This document shows positions 59,272 to 64,000 of a stretch of 64,000 nt of DNA, in pieces. Below the pieces are notes generated by a model. The model was given only the letters and a program-made list of their open reading frames with translations, made no database searches and was not told where the DNA came from. Numbering within the stretch: the first letter of the stretch is position 1; the number at the start of each line of letters is the position of its first letter. The stretch is from Candidatus Latescibacterota bacterium (GTDB lineage: Bacteria > Latescibacterota > UBA2968 > UBA8231). Location: the NCBI GenBank assembly GCA_965197905.1, contig CBDAOB010000004.1:512001-576000 (forward strand). The letters run 5' to 3'. A program made the translations under genes and the position numbers.

Positions 59272-59465
59272 CGGACACTTCCGCTTGCGCCCGCCCAAGC
59301 TTCGCCATCGCTCGTTCAACGCCTTGCGCACACCTTGCCGCAATGCGGCGCCTAGTAAGCGACGCCGCCGATCGCCTGGGGGGGAATTACTACAGCCACT
59401 CAATCTTAACCGCCCCATTGCTCCCTGGGCATGTGAAGTTTGGTGAATTATTGGTGAATTTTGCA

Positions 59466-59515
59466 AATAATAAGGGCTCGCAAGATTCGCATTTATCTCG
59501 CAAGCCCTTGTTATT
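59466..59515 (-). terminator. long imperfect hairpin downstream of tRNA-Arg(ACG)
   Basis: AATAATAAGGGCTCGCAAGAT ... ATCTCGCAAGCCCTTGTTATT. Confidence 0.55.
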
Positions 59516-59517
59516 TA

Positions 59518-59594
59518 TGGTGCACCCAGTAGGAGTCGAACCCACAACCTCCTGATCCGTAGTCAGGTGCTCTATCCAATTGAGCTATAGGTGC
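59518..59594 (-). tRNA. tRNA-Arg(ACG)
   Basis: 77-nt cloverleaf, anticodon loop CTACGGA, CCA end. Confidence 0.95.
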
Positions 59595-59640
59595 TATCTC
59601 TCACAAGCAGCCAGAATAATAGAGTTCACCCGGCAATCAG

Positions 59641-60819
59641 TCAAGCAAGGCCGGCCTCCAATGCTTCGAGGTATTTGTACCCTGAACCAGTGTTGAAGAG
59701 CACGACTCGCTCATGCCCGTTAACCCATCCACTATCCCTTAGCTTTAGCAGTGCCGCGAGGGTCGCGCCCCCTTCCGGGGCAGGGAATACTCCCGTCATT
59801 TTCGCGATTCGGTGTGACTCGCGAATCAGTTCTTCATCGCTTACAGCAATCGCGCAACCGCCTGTTTCGCGCAATGCGCGGAGCATCAGGAAATCACCGA
59901 CGGCACCAGGAACCCGTAGGCCGGAAGCCACGGTGTGGGCGTTGTCCCACATCTCGGCGCTGTCCGCCCCCTGTTCAAAGGCACGAACGATCGGTGCACA
60001 CCCCTCCGCCTGCACCGATACGAATCGCGGACGCCCGCTTCCGATCCAACCCATGACTTCCATTTCGTCAAAAGCCTTCCACATGCCCACCAATCCGGTG
60101 CCACCTCCGGTGGGGTAAAGAATCACGTCCGGGAGCTTCCAGTCGAACTGTTCGGCAAGTTCGTAACCCATGGTCTTCTTGCCTTCGATCCGGTATGGCT
60201 CCTTGAGCGTGGATACGTCGAACCAACCCTGTTTCTCTTTGCGCTCGGCCACGACTTTACCGCAGTCGCTGATCAAGCCGTCGACCAATTCCACCTGTGC
60301 GCCGCAGGATCTGCATTCGATGATGAACGCCTGGGGGGTGTCTCTGGGCATGAAGACGTGAGCCTCCAACCCTGCCGCGGCGGCGTATGCAGACATGGCG
60401 CCACCGGCGTTTCCGGCCGACGGCACAGCCAGTTTTGTAGCACCTCGAGCCCGGGCAGCGGACACGGCAGCGGATTGACCCCTCGCTTTGAACGATCCGG
60501 TGGGATTGCTCCCCTCATCCTTGATATACAGGCTTTCGAAGCCTGCCCAGTCACCCAGCCGATCGACCGGCAGCAGGGGGGTGAAACCCTCGCCCAGGGA
60601 AACGATCTCGGATTCTTCGGCAACTGGCAAAACCTCCCGGTAGCGCCACATGTCGGGTCGACGACCCTTCAATGACTCCTTCGTCAAAACCCTGGCTGCA
60701 GCCGCCAGATCATAACGTGCCAGAAAAGGCGCGCCCACCTTCGAGAGATTGTGCAAACCCTTTGCATCGTACTCTTCTCCTGTCCGGCTGCACTCCAGGT
60801 GGCTCAGGTAATCCTGCAT
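59641..60819 (-). CDS. thrC: threonine synthase-like PLP enzyme
   Basis: SLGEGFTPL, NPTGSFKARG, SAGNAG, EGKKT, PTGGG. Confidence 0.85.
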   Translation of the reverse strand: MQDYLSHLECSRTGEEYDAKGLHNLSKVGAPFLARYDLAAAARVLTKESLKGRRPDMWRYREVLPVAEESEIVSLGEGFTPLLPVDRLGDWAGFESLYIKDEGSNPTGSFKARGQSAAVSAARARGATKLAVPSAGNAGGAMSAYAAAAGLEAHVFMPRDTPQAFIIECRSCGAQVELVDGLISDCGKVVAERKEKQGWFDVSTLKEPYRIEGKKTMGYELAEQFDWKLPDVILYPTGGGTGLVGMWKAFDEMEVMGWIGSGRPRFVSVQAEGCAPIVRAFEQGADSAEMWDNAHTVASGLRVPGAVGDFLMLRALRETGGCAIAVSDEELIRESHRIAKMTGVFPAPEGGATLAALLKLRDSGWVNGHERVVLFNTGSGYKYLEALEAGLA

Positions 60820-61400
60820 TACGCGTACAATCCTTCCTGATAGATGTACTCTTCTACCCGTTCGGGTACCAGGCACTTTATCGGCTTGCCCTCTGCGACC
60901 CGCCGGCGAATCTCCGTCGAGGAAATCTCGAATAGGGGGGTATGCACTCGCTGTATTATAGCGAGTCCCGGCAGGTTGTCCGCCAGACTATCGCCGGTAC
61001 GAGATCCCACTACAACCGTGCACAATTTCACGATCTCTTCCGGAGCATGCCATGTGGGGAACTGATCGAGGTTATCCGCGCCGATCAATAGATAGAGTTC
61101 GTCTCCGGGTCGCATGGCGCTCAGTTCCCGAAGAGTGTCTACGGTGAAGGATTTGCCCGGACGATCGAGCTCGATTCGGCTCGGGGACAACCCGCCACAA
61201 TCCTCGAGCGCCAGTTGCGCCATAAGCCAGCGTTGCGCCGCTGAAGCCCGCTTGCGATGCTCCAACTTGTGCGGAGGGTCAGCTGCGGGGATGAATAAGA
61301 CTTCGTCGAGTTGGAGGCTTTCGCGCACAAACTGTGCCAGCAGCACGTGGCCACTGTGAACTGGATCGAAGGTGCCGCCCAATATACCCAGGCGCGGCAC
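60819..61400 (-). CDS. nadD: nicotinate-nucleotide adenylyltransferase
   Basis: GGTFDPVHSGH, IGAD, ISSTEIR. Confidence 0.95.
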   Translation of the reverse strand: MPRLGILGGTFDPVHSGHVLLAQFVRESLQLDEVLFIPAADPPHKLEHRKRASAAQRWLMAQLALEDCGGLSPSRIELDRPGKSFTVDTLRELSAMRPGDELYLLIGADNLDQFPTWHAPEEIVKLCTVVVGSRTGDSLADNLPGLAIIQRVHTPLFEISSTEIRRRVAEGKPIKCLVPERVEEYIYQEGLYA

Positions 61401-61403
61401 TGT

Positions 61404-62177
61404 TCAACTTCCCTGTGAGGGTTTCAGAATCGCCAGTTGGTCGATCTTCTTCCGAATGTGGTCTTCGAGTTTTTCGTCGACTGCTCCCGAGGAAAGCGCC
61501 TCATCCCAATAGGATCGCGCCAACTTGTGATCGTCCCGTTCGAAGGCGATGTCGCCAAGCCGCGCGAGCGCGCTATAGTACCAGATCGGGGTGTCGGAAT
61601 AATTTCGCAGCACCTGTTTGAAAGTCAGTTCCGCTGATTCGACAAAACCCTGTTTGTAGTACAGTTCGGCGTTGAGATACTCCTTTTTGGCGAGCCGGCC
61701 GCGGCAATCGCGAACTCTCTTCCTGGCTTCCTCAACGAACGGACTTGAGGGGTTGTCTTCAATGAACTGTCGAAAGTAGGTAAGAGCTTCGTAGGTTTCC
61801 TTTTGATCAAGCTCGGGACGGCGCAGCTGCTTGAAATAACACTCGCCTAGATTGAATTGGGCACGTTCGACCCAAGCGCTGGACGGGTAGACGTCGAGTA
61901 CCCGCTGGTACTCAAACGCAGCGGTGACGTAGTCCTTAGTACAGAAGTACGCTTCAGCCAAGTGAAATTGAGCTTCCGCCACGATAGGTGCACCCGGGAA
62001 ATTGCTGACGACGCGCTGGAGGTGCTCTATCGCCTCGGTGCAACGGCCTCGCTCTAGGTCTTTCATACCCTGGCCGAAGTAGTAGTCGGACTTCTTTAGC
62101 TCCGTGACTCCGGAACCACCGCAGCTATTCAGAGTGACAGCTGCCAGAATCGCAACGATGACATTGAATGGGAACAC
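61404..62177 (-). CDS. bamD: outer membrane protein assembly factor BamD
   Basis: lipobox LNSC; TPRs; ELDQKET...F.QFI...P.SP...EA...LAKKEY. Confidence 0.85.
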   Translation of the reverse strand: MFPFNVIVAILAAVTLNSCGGSGVTELKKSDYYFGQGMKDLERGRCTEAIEHLQRVVSNFPGAPIVAEAQFHLAEAYFCTKDYVTAAFEYQRVLDVYPSSAWVERAQFNLGECYFKQLRRPELDQKETYEALTYFRQFIEDNPSSPFVEEARKRVRDCRGRLAKKEYLNAELYYKQGFVESAELTFKQVLRNYSDTPIWYYSALARLGDIAFERDDHKLARSYWDEALSSGAVDEKLEDHIRKKIDQLAILKPSQGS

Positions 62178-62184
62178 GATCGGA

Positions 62185-62830
62185 TCAGCGATTGGAGAAG
62201 AACAGATACACGAGAACCCCGAGAACGGAGGAAACGATTACAGGTTGGACAAACCTGTCCCAACTTTGTTCCGCCACGTCGAACTTGGCAAAGCTGTATT
62301 CGTCGTTTTGGACGACCTGAAGGGCGTTTGGCGGCAAATCGTCCCGCAGGGTTACCGACGTCTCGTCCCGCCACAGCAAGGAATCGGTAGAGCCGGTGGT
62401 CAAACGCATCGCCACTTCCACCCGCGCGGTGCGAGACACGTTACCCCCTCGCAGATTACCCTTGGCATAGAGTACGAGCTCTGCGACTCGGTACGACAGT
62501 TTTTCGTAACATCCGTCTGGACTGACGTTGCGGTATACTTCGAAACCCTTGCCGATCAAGCGATCGGCGAGAATATGGCTCACCAACCAGTTGGCCTCGT
62601 GTTGCTCTAGCTCATCGATAAGAATCTTGCGGTTTGCTGAACACGTATTGGCAGGTTGGCGATCGAGCCCGACCACTGATTGGGTGATAGCCTTGCCCAG
62701 GGCCTCGGCAATCACGGTCATGTTGGTTGGGATGTCGGAAGCGTCCGCCCGAATGCCGGTACAAAGCACGGTCAAACATGCGACGGTTACCGAGGCGCTC
62801 CAGTTGCCGGCGCTCCTATCAGAGTCCGCG
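62185..62830 (-). CDS. hypothetical exported/membrane protein (start uncertain)
   Basis: in operon; C-terminal TM VQPVIVSSVLGVLVYLFFSNR; 5' part of the ORF overlaps cpoB. Confidence 0.6.
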
Positions 62831-63559
62831 AAGATAGCTGATTTCCTTCTTTGCCGTACCGACGTATTCGCTCTTAGGGTATTCGTCGACCAGCTGCTGA
62901 AAGGCTCTGAGCGCACTGGTCTTATCACCGAGTGCCAGGTAACAGCGAGCGATCTTGAGCTGGGCATCGTCGGCCTTTTCGGTCTTCCTGTAGGCGAACA
63001 CCTTGGTGAATTCCGTGAGGCCCTGGCCGAATTTTCCCATTCCGTAATAACATTCACCTTTCCAATATTGGGCGTTGTCGGCCCATGAACCGTATGGCGT
63101 CATGGACAGGACCCGATCGAAATGGTTGAGCGCTTTGGAATAATGGCGGTTTCGATAGGTATCGAGACCCATTCGATACTTGGCGAGAACGTCGTCGCGA
63201 ACCGTGCGTTTCCTCGGCGGTGCCGGATCCGAAGCGGGCTGCTGCAATGTGTCCAGATCGGTGCCCAGAGCACTGAGTTCTGCCTTCACGGTCGCGAGAT
63301 CGGCGCGCAATTGATCACGATCCTGTTCCACCTGACGCAGCCGTTCCGAAAGAGCGCTTTCGCGATCGAACGAAGCATCTAGGGCACGCCGAACCGCCTC
63401 ACGATCGCTCTGCGCTTCCTCCTCCCATTGGTCCATGCGCTCATTCAGTTCCCCTCCGGCGCAGGCCGTGAGCGTTCCTACGAGCAGCAGACAAGGCCAT
63501 ACCATGATCTGACTCAGGCCGGGCATTGAACTTCCTGGTTGCAGGGGGGAGATGGACAA
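62819..63559 (-). CDS. cpoB: Tol-Pal associated CpoB/YbgF TPR protein
   Basis: LTAC lipobox, coiled coil, ADNAQYWKGECYY, DAQLKIA, YPKS. Confidence 0.8.
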   Translation of the reverse strand: MSISPLQPGSSMPGLSQIMVWPCLLLVGTLTACAGGELNERMDQWEEEAQSDREAVRRALDASFDRESALSERLRQVEQDRDQLRADLATVKAELSALGTDLDTLQQPASDPAPPRKRTVRDDVLAKYRMGLDTYRNRHYSKALNHFDRVLSMTPYGSWADNAQYWKGECYYGMGKFGQGLTEFTKVFAYRKTEKADDAQLKIARCYLALGDKTSALRAFQQLVDEYPKSEYVGTAKKEISYLRGL

Positions 63560-63583
63560 TATAAGGACTAGCTTTGGCCGTTG

Positions 63584-64000
63584 CTACTTGGTCTGTGCAC
63601 GAAAAACCAGATCTTCCGGTGGGTTCAGGGCGTACTCTTCGCAGCGGTCGGCGTAGAGTGCGGACGGACCGTCGGTTGGATCGACTTCGAGAGCCTCTTT
63701 GAATCGGGTGCCGGCCAAGGCAAAATCGAAGTCCTCGTACGCCTTCATCGCACTGCCGTAGATCTCCAAAACTTCCAGCTTTTGCGGGCTCAGCTCACCT
63801 TTTCGATCGAGGATCTCGTATGCCACAACGGGTTCTTCTTTTCCCATTACCTGTATCAAGTCGAGTTTGCGCGCCTCGACCAAGTCGCTGACCTGCTCGT
63901 AGATCACATCGTTCACCATGATCGCGGTCCCGTACATCTTCTGTCCGCTCTCGAAGCGAGCTGCCAGATTCACCGTATCACCCATCATCGTGTAGTCAAC
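63584..64000 (-). CDS. class III adenylate/guanylate cyclase, C-terminal part
   Basis: DYTMMGDTVNLAARFE, VMGKEEPV; runs off the window edge. Confidence 0.85.
   Translation of the reverse strand, partial: VDYTMMGDTVNLAARFESGQKMYGTAIMVNDVIYEQVSDLVEARKLDLIQVMGKEEPVVAYEILDRKGELSPQKLEVLEIYGSAMKAYEDFDFALAGTRFKEALEVDPTDGPSALYADRCEEYALNPPEDLVFRAQTK

Noticed and set aside
1..64000. CRISPR array, rRNA or integron attC array
   Set aside because: No regularly spaced repeats, rRNA-like sequence, integrase or recurring attC-like hairpins were found by eye

Overview
GC-rich bacterial chromosome segment from a diderm. The gene content suggests a Latescibacterota/FCB- or PVC-like organism, but that is inference only. 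The right end (about 59.5-64 kb) is ordinary core genome: tRNA-Arg(ACG), thrC-like, nadD, bamD, cpoB/ybgF and an adenylate cyclase tail. Most of the remaining 59 kb is a decaying accessory mosaic. It has no intact integrase or transposase, but it carries two orphan tRNA 3' halves (att-like), IS91/ISCR and IS5 remnants, and about a dozen short fragments of unrelated genes between intact genes. The intact cargo is a small set of repeated paralogous families. There are four ~1000-aa secreted, probably outer-membrane beta-barrel proteins with Asp/Asn-rich Ca-binding-like loops and a GFTE(Y/H)GRxI terminus, which I cannot assign to a known family. There are also two DUF4838 proteins, two GH127-like proteins, three beta-propeller hydrolase-like genes, and a tandem array of HEAT-TPR-CBM9-like lipoproteins. 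Other notable items: an H-NOX/histidine kinase pair, an NreB-like MFS transporter, several phosphoesterases, a sigma-70 gene under a consensus sigma-54 promoter, a rare tRNA-Arg(UCG) nearly identical to the tRNA-Arg(ACG), and a possible small-RNA/12-aa sORF locus. No CRISPR array, rRNA or DGR was seen. All family calls come from motif recognition by eye, not database searches.
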